Below are positions 48,296 through 62,267 of a DNA stretch of 64,000 nt, piece after piece. The notes under the pieces are model-generated. The model worked only from the letters and a program-made list of their open reading frames with translations, was not told the DNA's origin and did not search any database. Position numbers and translations under genes: made by a program. How positions within the stretch are numbered: the stretch's first letter is position 1; the number at the start of each line of letters is the position of its first letter. This DNA is from Mobula hypostoma (taxonomy: Eukaryota): NCBI RefSeq assembly GCF_963921235.1, contig NC_086108.1, positions 65,102,001 to 65,166,000 on the forward strand, read 5' to 3'.

Positions 48296-50804
48296 TGACC
48301 ATATAATGATCAAATGTCTTTTTTCAAAGGTGGGCACAGAGGGTTATAAGATAATTCAAAAATGGAAAAGCAAACAATAACACAATATGGTGACAATATA
48401 AACATAACTATAAAGTACCATGTAAGTAAAACAAACGAGGAAATAGAACATTTGGTATTAAAGTAATACAGGTAATTATGAGGTGGCTGGTTCTGTTGAT
48501 ACCAGCTATGGCTTCTCTCTGTACTCGTTCAAAGTGGAAAATATAATATAAATTGGGAAATGGAGAGTTTAGGAAAACAGCTTTCTAGTCCAATTAAAAC
48601 ATACTGTATTTGTAAAATAACTGTAAAAAATTTAGAGCCTCAAGTTGTTTAGATTGATTGATAAATTACAAGTTAAAATCCCCCTGGAATTGTGACGATC
48701 CCATATACTGGTGAACTGGAAATTTTCAGGGGGAGCTGAGTACTACCACCTGGCAACAAAATGTGGAAGAGCTCAAAAAGGAGACAACATCATGCTGCTG
48801 CACAGGGAAGAAGAAAACAAGACTATATGAAACAGAACAGTGCTTAAGAAGAACATGATGCTCATTGATCGGGTAAATATAAGTAAAAATAGAGTAGTCT
48901 CTCAAGTAGAATGAATCAGAGACTTATTATGTAACTGTATGGACCTCAAGCTTGCACCAGTTGTGTTACTTATGAAGTAATTTATCACCGGGAAAGGAAT
49001 TATTCACAGATTATAAATAAGACAGTGGAAGAGCTGATAAAGATATCATTTAAAAAATGAGAAATCTAAATCTGCAGAGGGAAAAGATAGATAAAGGTTA
49101 AGTGAATTAGAAAATAGAACAGTCCATCCCAGGAATAGATCCTTTGGTCCATGGTGTCAATGCCAACCATAAACCACATCAAAACTAATCTCATCTGCCT
49201 GCAGGTGATTTATTTCTTCCATTCCCTGCCTGTCCAAATGCCCCTAAATGTTACTATCATATTTGCTTCCACAACTTCCGCTGGCAGCACATTCCAGTCA
49301 CCTACCACTCTGTGTAAGAATACTCGCAAAAAATCTCCTTTAAGTGGCACCCCCTCACTTTTAAACTATGCCCTCTTGTACTTGACATTCCCACGCTGGA
49401 AAAAAGATCTAAACTATTTATTGCCTCTCATCATTTTATAATCTGTTATTGCGTTACCCCTTAGCTTTGACACTTCAGAGAAACAAAGCAAGATTGTCCA
49501 AATTCTCCTTATAGCTAATGCTTTCTAATCCAGACAAAATCCTGGTGAACTCTCCTGCAACCCCTCCAAAGCCTCCACATCCTTCCTGTAATGCATAAAT
49601 CAGAACTGCACATAATTTTCCAAATGAAGTCCAACTACATTTTTGTATAGCTGCAACATAACTTCCCAATTTTTATAGTCAGCAATCCAACCCAATGAAG
49701 GCAATTATGCAAAATGCCTTCTTTACCATTCTATCTACACATGTTGCTACTTTCAGAGAGTTTGTGGCCATTTTTATGGATTTAAATATCATTTACTATC
49801 CCTTTGCCCACCCCCAGTTCATTTAGACCAGTGGTTCTCAAACTTTTTTTGGTTACCAACCCCTTGGCTTCCAGACCACATCCCCAGCAACCCTCTCCCT
49901 CCCTTTCTGGCCATTGTATAAAAACTATAAATAATTTTGATTTATGATGCACAGTAAAAGAAAATAGGAACAGAAAATTCAAAGCAATGACAAATAATTG
50001 CAAAAATTATTCAAATCTATTTAAAGTTACAAAAAATTATTTCCTTATTTACTTACAGTAAAAACAATTTTAGAGTATGCGTTAGTAGTCCAACTATTCA
50101 GTACTTCATTGCTTTTTCACCTGTCACTGAGATGGATGGGCTTGGTGCAGCGATATTAGCTTCTCAAAATCAGTCTGAATTCACTCAGATGGAGTCTCAG
50201 ATCCCTATGTTCAGTAATTTGCAGTCTGTTTCATTGCCTTGAAAGAAGTTCTGTGACTGCACTGAAACCATGCTCCACTAAATAATGATGTTGGAAAGGC
50301 AATAAAGAACATCTTGACCCATTTTTCCCCCCACAGTGTAGGACAGTGTTCAGAGATTTCTTTCTGCAACCAAAAGTCTTGATATGATTGTTGAATCCTG
50401 GCTTCATCTGAAAGTCATTTGTAATGTGATCAGTTCTTCCTCCATCCTTTTTGTTAATTCTTCATTACAAGTGTTAAGGAATGGGTTTATTATGCAATCT
50501 GGAATTTGGATTAAGAGAAGATCCTGAAATCTCTCTGACATATTTTTAGGTCAGGTGGGCACAGTACCTGAAGATCATCATCTGGTATTCTTTCTTTCGC
50601 TTTGAACTCTGAGGCTCGGAAACTGGAAAAGATCAAGACAGCCAATGTTGCACGTAAATAGGGTTAAGTCGGAGAGGAATATGGAGATAACTGATTTGAC
50701 TTTTGATAAGAATCAAATCATTCCTTGAAACTAAAAATTGAATTCATTAAACTTTGCAAATAATTCTGACAAAGAATCAATGTCATGCCTAATACTCTTG
50801 AGTT

Positions 50805-51166
50805 CAAAGGTTGAAAGATTCATTTTATTGTCAAAGTATGCATGTACAATACAACTCTGATATTCTTCTTCTCCAGATAGCCTCGGATACAGAAAAACCA
50901 TGGTGGTTGCTGAAACAAAAAGATATCAACACCTCCCTGGCATGAAAGAGAAAAAGAAACAAAACACATAAATCACAAAACACACCTCCCCTTCCATCAC
51001 ACAAAAAAAACTAACAGATCACTCACATGGAAAGCTGCAGCTGGAACATGATAAAACCCAAACCCCCAAACCCTCTTCGTCGCACAAATAAAAACAGTGA
51101 TGATAACATCAAACCCCCAACTCCCTCCTTCGCAGAAAAGAACAGCAACAATAGCATGAAAACTCC

Positions 51167-51197
<31 letters not shown>

Positions 51198-51645
51198 GTA
51201 ACAGATGGCCCACACAGAAAAACACCAGCAAGAACATCAGACCCCAAATCCCCAACCGCTCCCTCTCAGAAAAAGTAAAATATCACCCATCCGCCAATCG
51301 GTATCAAGAAAGAAAGCACTAAAAACTGAAGGAGACCAATATAAAGTATAGTTGAAATATCACATAAATCTCAGAATATTGAAAACATCTTCTGTCAGCA
51401 CTCAAGGAGAGCGGCCGTAGGACCTCAATACTTCTGTGAAGAGTGACCACCACACCGTCAGAACATGCCGATCTGGCTACAGACTGCCATTGCCCCTGTG
51501 GCCTCCATTGAGACCGACCTCCTCTGCATTTGCCTTGATGTTTCAATCTTCCTTGACACTTTGACATTGAGTCATTCACGATCCTGTGCCCTGTCTCTGA
51601 TTTTTGTCATGAGGCAACTCGTGTTCTTGGTCCTCTCCAGGTTAC
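50805..51645 (-). mobile_element. Non-autonomous retroelement nested in the hAT
   Basis: Tail ttcaaaggttgaaagattcattttattgtc, a CA/CT-rich interior and no coding motif. The hAT sequence resumes on both sides. Confidence 0.55.
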
Positions 51646-52180
51646 TGATTACTGAATAAGGCATTCACGCCCTCAAAGAATTTTATCACAGTTTCAAAAG
51701 GTGCATTAAAGCATGTCAGCCATTTTCCTTTTCAGAGCCAACTGACTTCTGTGTGCAACTTTAAGGATTCAAAGTGTTCATCATTCTCAATATAAAGCCT
51801 TATAAATAGTTGAGAATTGAGAGCGTGGGACTTGTTTTATTTACCGCTGTGATAACAATATTAAAAAATTGTGTGGCCAATTATTTAGGTTTTTTTTTCA
51901 ACAAGATGTTGCCTGTGAACTACACAGTGAATAGTAAGTATGTTAGGTACAGCTTTTTACAAGAAAGCAACAACCCCATGATGGCATCCTGTCATTGATA
52001 ATGCTCCATCTGTTGTACAAACAAGAATGCTGGTGAGTGGAATGTCCTTCTCTTTGAAAAATTGAGCAACAAACTGAAATATTGACTCCCCTTTCATTAT
52101 CTTTCCATTACCCTTGGAGATAACAATTCTTGAACTATATTTCCATCTTTTATAAATTGAACATAACCAAGAACAATAAC

Positions 52181-53152
52181 CATGACTTGGATGAGGGAAT
52201 TAAATGCAGCATCTCCAAGTTTGCGGATGACACGAAGCTGGGTGGCAGTGTTAGCTGTGAGGAGGATGCTAAGAGGATGCAGGGTGACTTGGATAGGTTG
52301 GGTGAGTGGGCAAATTCATGGCAGATGCAATTTAATGTGGATAAATGTGAAGTTATCCACTTTGGTGGCAAAAATAGGAAAACAGATTATTATCTGAATG
52401 GTGGCCGATTAGGAAAAGGGGAGGTGCAACGAGACCTGGGTGTCATTATACACCAGTCATTGAAAGTGGGCATGCAGGTACAGCAGGCGGTGAAAAAGGC
52501 GAACGGTATGCTGGCATTTATAGCGAGAGGATTCGAGTACAGGAGCAGGGAGGTACTACTGCAGTTGTACAAGGTCTTGATAAGACCACACCTGGAGTAT
52601 TGTGTGCAGTTTTGGTCCCCTAATCTGAGGAAAGACATCCTTGCCGTAGAGGGAGTACAAAGAAGGTTCACCAGATTGATTCCTGGGATGGCAGGACTTT
52701 CATATGAAGAAAGACTGGATGAACTGGGCTTGTACTCGTTGGAACTTAGAAGATCGAGGGGGGATCTGATTGAAACGTATAAGATCCTAAAGGGATTGGA
52801 CAGGCTAGATGCAGGAGGATTCTTCCCGATGTTGGGGAAGTCCAGAACGAGGGGCCACAGTTTGAGGATAGAAGGGAAGCCTTTTAGGACCGAGATTAGG
52901 AAAAACTTCTTCACACAGAGAGTGGTGAATCTGTGGAATTCTCTGCCACAGGAAACAGTTGAGGCCAGTTCATTGGCTATATTTAAGAGGGAGTTAGATA
53001 TGGCCCTTGTGGCTACAGGGGTCAGGGGGTATGGAGGGAAGGCTGGGGCGGGGTTCTGAGTTGGAGGATCAGCCATGATCATAATAAATGGCGGTGCAGG
53101 CTCGAAGGGCCGAATGGCCTACTCCTGCACCTATTTTCTATGTTTCTATGTT
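52181..53152 (+). mobile_element. Young 5'-truncated CR1 with an uninterrupted RT C-terminal frame
   Basis: ORF to 53059 contains SKFADDTKLGG, WQMQFNVDKC and RPHLEYCVQFW without stops. Tail is ttctatgtttctatg. A possible TSD aagaa lies at 52169 and 53153. Confidence 0.95.
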
Positions 53153-55513
53153 AAGAAGCAAAGATTCATTGCCTGGAAAAGTTGACTCATCCAACAGCAC
53201 AGCAAATTCTACTGCCTCAATTTCTCATTCTCTATTCATCTATTCATCTTTGAAGAGTTGTCATTGAGTGGAATCACCTTAATTATCTGATCTGGTGACT
53301 TATGCAAACAGTACTCAGAACCTCCCTTACTGCTGGCAGAATCAATTCTTCTCCAAACGTATGGGGCTTTCCAGGTTTAGCAATGAGCAGGTAAATGTTG
53401 TATGAAGCATGCAAACCATCACTGTTGTGAAGTGAAGTACTGGCAAACATGTTTTGAAGTGATTTCCGTTTCTGAATGTTTTCACGAAGAGACTGAAAAT
53501 AGGCTAAGTTCCTGTTTACTTTATCAGAGTGTATTCTCTTCAAATGTTCAAGGAGCCTGGGCAGTTTCATTGTCTCATTTGAAAAAAAATTCTTCACACA
53601 ACAGACACATTGGCCGCCATTGGTTTCTTGGTGCTGATATAAATCCATATTTCAGGTACACCACACTATACTGTCCGCACTTCTCTTTTGTTTCGTCGGC
53701 TTCTTCCATTTTTGTTATGGATTAATGACCACAGTCAATCGTCTATTGTTTAATGCAACCTCAAGCACTGCAGTCAATAAAGAAGAAATTTATGGTGTCA
53801 TCATAGCTCAGGCAAAAGCTAACTCTCTGCCTGAAGGTACAGACAATGGGGCAGCAATATCTCATTTGACCAAGGGCTAGAGAAATGCAGTGAAGACCAT
53901 TCAAGAGGTCCTGAACTTTATTCCATTGCATGTCATACCCTAATTCACAGGAACTGCATCACTGCATGATTAGAGTATGGGAATTGTATTAGCTTACAAT
54001 GTACTACAGTAGTGAATGACAATAATGCACAGACTGGGCCCAGGAATAACACCACTTCTTCCATCCAAATTTCTCATTATATGCCAAATACAGAAATGTC
54101 ACATTGCTTTTCAACAACTATAATGCACTTTGAGCAAAGTCTAAGAAAACGATAGGTTAGCAAGTGATGCGATGATTACAATAATCAATTATGAGGCACT
54201 GAGGATCAGATAAGAAGTAATTAAATTCTTAAATTAGGCATGCAATCCCTCAGCTGCCCTCCTTGCTACCAAGTACTCACCCACCACTCCTTTTATTGCC
54301 CACTTAGAAACTGCCACCGCTCCAGGAGTGGGGGGGGGGGGTCAATATCGCCCATTTTGGGAAACACTGAAAACTCAGAAAACCTTTGTCACTACCCCCA
54401 TACCATCAATTTTGGTTTCCTCTGCAAAATTTACCAACTATATTAACAACACTGTCATCTAAATCATTAATATATATATATATGACAAAGACAGGTGGAC
54501 CCAGTGCTGATTCCTGCAGCACACAATGGTTATTGACCTCCAATTTAAAAAAACAACCCTCCAGTATCATCTTCTGACTAACTGATAACTAGTTGCTTAG
54601 CTTACCCTGGATCAAATGTTATTTAATCTTGTAGATGAGCCTACCATGGAGGACCTTGTCAAAGCCTTGCTAAAGTCCATGCAGACAACTTCGCCTTCAT
54701 CATTCATCTTTGTCATCAGTTCAAACAGCTAAATTAAAATTTGAACGTGATTTCCCTCTCACAAGGCCATGGTGGCTATTCTTTATCAGTCCTTACCTTT
54801 CTAAATGCCGGTAGATCTTGTTTCTCTGAAACATATCAAGTAACTTCCTCACCACTGCTGTTAATCTCGCCAGTCTGCAAATCTCCGGCTTGTCCTTGCA
54901 GCCCTTCTGAAATAAGGGTGCAATATTAACTATCCTCCACTCTTCTGTTACCTCACTGTAGCTAACGATGATGAAAGCAAATCTGCCAAAGCCCGTGTAA
55001 TTTCTTCCATAGCTCTTTCTAATGTCTTTCTATGATACACCTACAGATCTCTTCCCCTATTTCTCTCTGGTTATTAGGAAGCCTTGGTTATGAGGAGGCC
55101 TTTAATCTAGCCCCATCATAGTGATTGCATCTTTCCTGTTTCTGAGTTCTGTCCGTATTGTCTTACAGGATAAGCGCCAGGAAATCCTCTCTAAATACAG
55201 TGGTGAAATTCTTACTGACTAATAATGCAACTTCCCTGTTTCCTTTACACGCTTTATAAAATATTTGAAATATATGAATCCTGGTGCACTGAACTGCCCA
55301 TCCTGCCTTTCTCTCAAATAAGTCCCTGAAATAGCTATAACACTATCATGCCATACACAAATCCAGGCCCTAAGTTCATTTAGCTTACCTGTAGCATTCC
55401 TTGTACTGAAATAAATACTCTCCTGCCAGTCAGCTCCACCATGTTCAATCCCTTCACTTGCCGTTCTGGTTTCCACCTCACCATGCTAATTTGAATCGTC
55501 CCAAATAGTATTT

Positions 55514-55710
55514 AGCCGGCCGGTGGTGTAATGACATCTGCACCAGACTTTGAGGCGAGTGCTCCCAGGTTCAACTCTTGCTGCCTCTTTGCACACTTTC
55601 CATCCGTGCTGAGTTGAGTGTTGAACTAGCAACACAGCCTCATGAAAAACAGACAAAATGCTAAGAAATGGCAAGGTTACTGCCAGATGCGCTACAAGGC
55701 ATGGAGAGGG
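55514..55710 (+). mobile_element. tRNA-derived SINE
   Basis: agccggccggtggtgtaatg...ccaggttcaactc gives A/B box-like motifs. Confidence 0.6.
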
Positions 55711-56184
55711 ACAACAAGAAATAGCATAAATAAAACTCTCTGCGAGCATATAAGTGCCTCTCAGTTTAGGTGCTGCACTTTATTCTTATATAGGTCCCAT
55801 CTGCCTTGGAAGCAAGCACAATGATCCATATCTCAAAATCTCCATCCTGCATCAACACCTTAGCCATCTATTGAATTACGCTATCTTCCTAAGCTTCTTG
55901 ATTCACTTGCACAAGGTTCAAAGAGTAATCCTGAGATTACTACCTCTGATGGACTGTTTTTTAACTATCTACTTAACTCCCTAAATTCACTTCTGTGTTC
56001 CTGCCTGCACTAATTCAGACCACAACGTTTGTTTCTCACATCTCCCCTTCAGAATGCCCTGTGCCTTGACCCCGGCACAGGAAGGCAACACACCATCCTG
56101 GAATCTTACTGATAGCCACAGAAACACCTATCTGTGCCCCTCACTGATGAGTTTCCTGTCTGGACTTTCTCCTATCTTTGCCGT

Positions 56185-56497
56185 ATAGTCAGAGACTTGT
56201 TCCCAGGGTGGATACGGTGATTACAAGGGGCCATAAGTTTAAGATGATTGGAGAAAAGTACAGAGAGGATGTCAGTTATGTACACAGTGAGTGGTGGGTG
56301 CATGGCACACCTTGTCAGTGATGGTGGTAGAAGCAAATACTTGGGGGTATTTAAAAACTCATGGATAGACACATGGAGGACAGACAAATGGAGGGTTATG
56401 TGGGAGGGAGGGGTTAGACTGATCTTATAGTAGGGCAAAAAGTTGGCAAAACATCATGGGCCAAAGGGTCTGTTTTGTGCTGTACTGTTCTATGTTA
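56185..56497 (+). mobile_element. Short CR1 3' fragment
   Basis: Ends gggccaaagggtctgttttgtgctgtactgttctatg. Confidence 0.7.
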
Positions 56498-56726
56498 AAT
56501 AGAGCCCGTCATGGTTGCTGTGATTAATTAACAACATTTTTTAAAATGAGATCTTCTAAAGGTAGAACAGTGATCTATAGCAGAGCTTGCAGAAGTAATC
56601 AAAAAGAAAAAAAATACAGATGCAGGAAAACAAATAAAATCAGAATATAGTGGAACAGGTTGGGTAGCATCTGTGAAGAAAGAGTTGATGTTTTGGGAAA
56701 ATGGCCTTTCTGAGGAATTCAAAACA

Positions 56727-57314
56727 TTAACACATCACAGAAATAGCTGAAGAGCACAAGACGAACACTGACAGAACAACATAATTATAACATATAGTTA
56801 CGGCAGTGCAAAGCAATACCATAATTTGATAAAGAACAGACCATGGGCACAGTAAAAAAAAAAGTCTCAAAGTCCCCAGTCGATCGACTCCGAGTCCCCG
56901 ATAGCAGGCGTCAAAGGGAGAAACCTCCAGGCACCAACAACTGCCGATGCATTGGAAGCACTCGACAACAATTGACACTGAGTCCGTCCATCTGAAAACT
57001 TCGAGCCTCCGACCAGTCCCTCCGATACAGCCTCCCAAGCGCCATCCTCTGCCGAGCGCCTTCGACCTCGTCCCGGCCGCCAATACAAGCAAAGCCAAGG
57101 ATTTGGGGCCTTCTCCTCTGGAGATTCCGGACCACAGAGTAACAGCGGCAGCGAAGCGGGAATTTCAGAAGTTTCTCCAGATGTTCCTCCGTACTCTCAT
57201 GTCTGTCTCCTTCAAATCAGAATTGTGCACGGTCCCCTACTTGACAAATAACAGACATCACCACTGAAGTGGCCACGCGCGCTGCGTCGTGCCGCCATCT
57301 TCTCCTCCTCCTCC
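56727..57314 (-). mobile_element. Non-autonomous retroelement, copy 2
   Basis: Colinear with ~33505-34096 and shares the ggaggagaagatggcggcacgac start. Confidence 0.75.
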
Positions 57315-57989
57315 TGAGTTGCAGTTTGTGGGTCTTCCAGAATATATTAGGCCAGATCGTGCTCATTTTTGGCCTGGTCTTTTCAATAGCCCCTACTCCA
57401 TCTCCACTGTACTTTAGCTGGTCTACAGTTTAATTAAGCTCTTGCACTTGCTGTCACATCTATCTCACAATCAGTGATCCACAAGTGGAAATCTGGCCTC
57501 AGGTGGTGGGCCTCACACAGACCACCATGATGGCCTATGGAAACCTTGTTGCCATCAAAAGGCCATTTAACTTATAAAATATCTCTTATGATGAGATATG
57601 AAAAATATTTGAAAGGATTAAAATAATATAAAAATGAAGCTTATGTCAAAACACATTTAACTGATATAAATTAATGAGGAAAAATATTATAAAATGAAAA
57701 TCGCACCTAATACCATGCATCACCCTGATTAGCAACCTCATTCAAATAGGGCTGGATGCAAAACGCATTTTGCCCCGGAGCACAACTGAGCTCCAATTCT
57801 GGATTCAGTGCTGAGTCGAATTGCACAGCAGGTGATCAGATGTGCCAGATTTAGGCAGTCCGAACTACCACATTGCAATGTTCAAGCACGGAGAGCAGGA
57901 GCACACTAACCCTCGCGTGCTGTAGCCAGTGGTTCCCTACAGAACTGCCACTATCTGGTCACTACAATCCAGGACAAAATTTAATTTTG

Positions 57990-58680
57990 CATGAAAGAGC
58001 AATGGGATCGCCGGATATAAACATTAGGACAAAAGCCCTCACTGTGAAACATGTGGACATGCACTGCCAACGCTTGTGAAAGTTATAGTTACTGTGGTCT
58101 TCAGCATCAATGTCATGCATCACAGAACTAGCACGTTGGTTTGTTATCAATGCAACTGTCAAAGTACATCCCGAATGTTTTTTCTGCAAGGAGAAGCTAT
58201 CTGTAATCCTTCTTGTTGAGAATTCCCTATCAAAATGAAAGTTTTTTTTCCTGTATTCCTTAACTTTCATAGGCTTAATGCCTCATTGGCAACATGCAAG
58301 CTTCTAACTTCAACATAAAGCCGATATATTTTTCAATGGGACAGAGTTCCACCACTTGAATGTTCAGCTGGTCTGTGACAAATTTACTACAGAGTTGTGC
58401 CCAGTAATGCAGATGCCTTCACATTGGGCCAATCCGCTATCTCACTGTCAAATCAGACTGGATCAATGCAGGCAATCCATTTTACCTCTGGCTCAGGATT
58501 CCTCAAGGCCCTGTGCACAGATGCCAAGCACCAAGACAATGACAGCCAGTGTTCAAATTGAGAAACTCCCTGGTCATCTCAGATTTAATATTCTGGTGCT
58601 GGACCAACCCAAGTAAATCCTGTGGAGTAGTTGTGAGCAAACGTACAGATTAGCAGTAGCTTGTTGCAGGCAACATTTAT
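57990..58680 (+). pseudogene. Ancient PIF/Harbinger transposase relic
   Basis: ~58330-58379 reads FFNGTEFHHLNVQLVCD, compared with the recalled Harbinger/HARBI1 motif NRKGFHSxNVQxVCD. Weak IE...G.L....F..LD and ACC motifs follow. Confidence 0.5.
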
Positions 58681-58699
58681 GACATTAAGAAGAATCCAA

Positions 58700-58972
58700 G
58701 CCCGGTTACTTCCCCCGGGTCCCCACCTCCTTCCCTTTCTCCTATGATCCACTCTCCTCTCCTGTCAAACTCCTTCTTTTCCACTGTTTGACCTTTCCCA
58801 CCCACCTGGCTGCACCTATCACCTTTCAGCTAGTCCTCTTCCCCTCCTTACCCCCCCCCACCTTTTGTATTCAAACTGCTTTCCCCTTCCTCGGCCTGAA
58901 ACATCGACCATCTATTCACTTTTATGGATGCTGCCTGGCCTGCTGAGTTCCTCCAGCACTTTGTGTGTGTAT
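58700..58972 (+). mobile_element. Penelope tail fragment (5' half of the hammerhead deleted)
   Basis: ctcggcctgaaacatcgac...gatgctgcctggcctgctgagttcctccagcactttgtgtgtgt. Confidence 0.75.
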
Positions 58973-61822
58973 CAAGAATCTAAATGGCTTTCAAAGTAAC
59001 AATCTCTTCATTTTGTCTGTTATATAACTTTAAATTTTAAACAATCATATCTATATAAACTATTTGTGAATCTAATGATTGTCCAGTTAGACCTAATCAA
59101 TGTTTCTGTAATTCAGTTTAGAACTCCCACCTGTCGAAATACTATGGAGCTAATACTTTAAAAACTTCTTTTTCAGGTGAATATCATGGGAAGGAAAGGG
59201 TAAATTGCAAAATAATACAAAAACAAAATCAGTACCAGAAACTCGGCTCAATTTTTTAGTCTTGTTTGTTGCAATCCTTGTGCACCTCCAGTGAACTTCA
59301 ATTCTCTCCAGAGAAATTTAAGAAAAGATCTCAAGTTACAGTAAAAGAATCAATCTGGCTTGGCAACTAGCAGCACTGCAAGTCTTTGTGTAAATAATTT
59401 ACTGTAACATGGATATTCTGTTTCAAGGATAGAAACTGCCAACATCTGAATAATGGAGTAATGTAAAAGTACCCGATATTGCTTGTACAAATATTCAAAA
59501 CTACATATATATATGTATATGTATATGACATCCTAAGTTACTAGAAATGTTAAAATCAAATACAATAATTAATGGCTTTCTTTACACCTAATTGAAATAT
59601 ATTGGTTCACCATCTTGGCAAAGTTTATTAAATGCGTCCATCTTCAAAGGCACAATAATGGAAATCATGTGTAAAATATTTGCACATTGCAAAATATTGA
59701 ACTGAAATATTTATCATGCAGCATTAATAATATTCAATTAGTAGTTTAATCAGGGGTTTTCAAATACCATACCAGAGAAATTATTCCTATCCTATGATTA
59801 GTTTCCATTATACTCTTGGATTTGAAAGCCAAGTATAATTTTTCAAAGCTTTCCTGAAATATGTATACATTTTGTGTGAAAGTTCACTTGATGCTTTCTA
59901 CTACACATCTTTAGCAAGAGAAGTTAAAATTAATAATCTGACTAAGAGTTTTCAATGTTACATGTTAACCCTGTTTCTCTTCATACAGATGCTCCCTGAC
60001 ATGCTGAGTATTTCCAGAATTTTATATTCTCATTCATTAAAGGGATGTTATAGTCTCAATGGGATGATTTTAACAGGTATTTTATATAAAATAAGTGAGA
60101 TCAGTTTTATTAAAATAGAAATAAAATATTACATTAACCTTTGGACTGTTGGCAATTTGAAACAATATAATTAATTTGATCATATCAATGGGTCAAAACT
60201 GAGAAGAGTGTCTTAACTAAAATACTCTAGATACAGCCCTAGGCTTTTACAAAATATAGTTACCATTCATATGCCAGTTCTAGTATAAAATTCATCAGCT
60301 CTGTTGAAAATTCTACAGTATTTATCTTCAATTTTCATCAATAGATTATGTGCAACCCATGCTGGTCTGTTTCACTATGACCAATGAAATGAAAGGCAGA
60401 TGAAAATCCAAGCAGAAAATCTCAACAAATTAATATGTTGACTTTACATGGTGGAATTTTTATCAGGTTTCTTGTAAAATGGGAAAACCTGCATTGTTTT
60501 TGCCTCATTCTGAAGCATATTCTAATTCACTATTCATAATTAACATGATTGAAGGGGTAAATTTTCATGGAGGCTTTCTCATTGGTTATTATAACTTCTG
60601 CAAAAATGAAAACCCTAGGTGATATAACATATATCACAACAGTTTTGCCAATATTTTATGGAACATTGGCTCAATGAAATTCTGTTCCCCCTAAGGTCAA
60701 TGAGTGGAACAGAATCAAATATGACTAATTCATTATTCCTATTAGTGTATCTTCCATAATATTTCTCACAAGCAGTGTCGTGGAGTAGAACTGTCAGGAA
60801 GAGAATGAAGAGGACATAGGGAGCAAAATATTTGGCTAAGGGATGTAACAGTGAATGAGGTTTGAATTTTGGATCAGAGATGTTCAGTGTTTAGGTTAAG
60901 CCTGTCTGTATCTGGGAAATGCAGTGTTCTGGGGATAGGACAAGCTGGTGATGATAAATTGACAGCTGGGAGAGTGAAAGAACAGTTAGCATGAATTTTT
61001 GGCCATAAAAAGAAGCTGGAATGAATTTTTATCCTCACATTCTGTTTTCCACTCCATGGAAGCATCAGAATCACTGGCCAGTACTACTACCATCAAAATA
61101 TACTGCATAGTTACCAGGATAAAGTTAGAATTCTTCAGGTAATTTCATGAATTGTAAGATGCAGTAGCTAGCTCAATATATATTCAAGGCCATCATTTTA
61201 AGAATTGAAATCTGTAAAAATAAAGATTCATGTAATTTTCAGAGTTAATGTTTAATATGTTCTTATTGTTGCAAATTTGTCTGGAAGTCAACGGTTAACG
61301 TTTTCAGTAATCTAACGAATAATGATCTACTCTCCAACATAGGCCTTTTTATGCGATAATTTTTTGCAATTTTCAGCTACAATCATAATTCACATTTGTC
61401 CTGATCTGATAGTTCATCATTCTTTATTATAGAGTGAAATAAATATATTACATTCCCATATTCTGATTGTTGAATCTAAATTGTAATTATAGGTATAGTT
61501 AAAATTTACAGTGACAATTAATTCTGAAAGATACTCTTTAGTATCTTCCATTATTACTCTCAGCTGCTGCACTACTTGCCAAGTTTGTTTGTTTATAGGA
61601 CAAGTGGAAGAAAAATGAAAGTAAACAAAACTTCACTCTGCAGCACTCTCTCATACCCTCCCTATTGGTTTAGCTAATAGAAGCCCAGAAATAAATCATA
61701 TTTCAAACTCCGCATTTGTGCATGTCTGTTTGCTTCAAAGGCAGGTCCATGATGAACGCTTTGCAAATAAAACTGTTAGTAACTCCAGTTGAACTCTGTC
61801 TTTTTGTGTGTTTGCCCCTAGC

Positions 61823-62267
61823 TGTCAGTCTGTGGTTTTGTATTGCCATGTGCTCCAGACCCTGCTCCTGCTATTCTCCGGCCCCTGTATTACTGAGTAC
61901 TCTGTCTCTCATCTGTTTCTCATTATTACCTGTATTGCTGCCACCTGTGTCTCATTGTGCTCCACCCATCATCTGCCTCTCTGTTTATTGCTCAGTGTAT
62001 TTCAGTCCTGTGATTTCACTTGTTTGTTACCAGACTGTGCCAGTGAGTTTTCCTGAGCCTTTCCAGCATTTGTATCTGAACTCTGTGTGTCTGAATATTG
62101 ACTCTGCCTCTTTCCTGATTCCGGTTGTTGGATTTCTCTGGATGTTTTGATTTCTACCTGAACTTTAATGCTGACTTTGTTTGTACCTCGGGATTTGTTA
62201 CTCAATTAATATCACTGTGTGCACAGTACTGCATCTGCAATTGGATCCCTGCTCCAGCACCCTGACA
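61823..62267 (+). repeat. Possible solo LTR
   Basis: Inverted termini tgtcag...ctgaca, a pyrimidine-rich interior, and a 3' end ctgcaattggatccc. No matching TSD, and the 5' boundary is uncertain. Confidence 0.4.

Larger units (their letters stand above)
49829..54369 (-). mobile_element. hAT Charlie/Buster-type DNA transposon remnant with interrupted transposase
   Basis: TIRs cagtggttctcaaa / tttgggaaacactg. ORF 53283-53648 reads SNETMKLPRLLEHL..H...IAKPGKPHTFGEELILPA. A C-terminal FPTS...EHGFSAV lies at ~50255-50300. The TSD is not preserved. Confidence 0.85.
49110..56170 (-). mobile_element. Old antisense CR1 LINE fragmented by nested insertions
   Basis: The 3' part is 49110-49820, RT is ~54370-55000 (antisense VCMDFSKALTR), the APE start is ORF 55219-55476 (NATGKLNELRAWI), and an ORF1-like stretch lies at ~55760-56170. 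Confidence 0.75.

Noticed and set aside
52390..53082. 230-aa minus-strand ORF
   Set aside because: It is the antisense shadow of the young CR1 RT frame.
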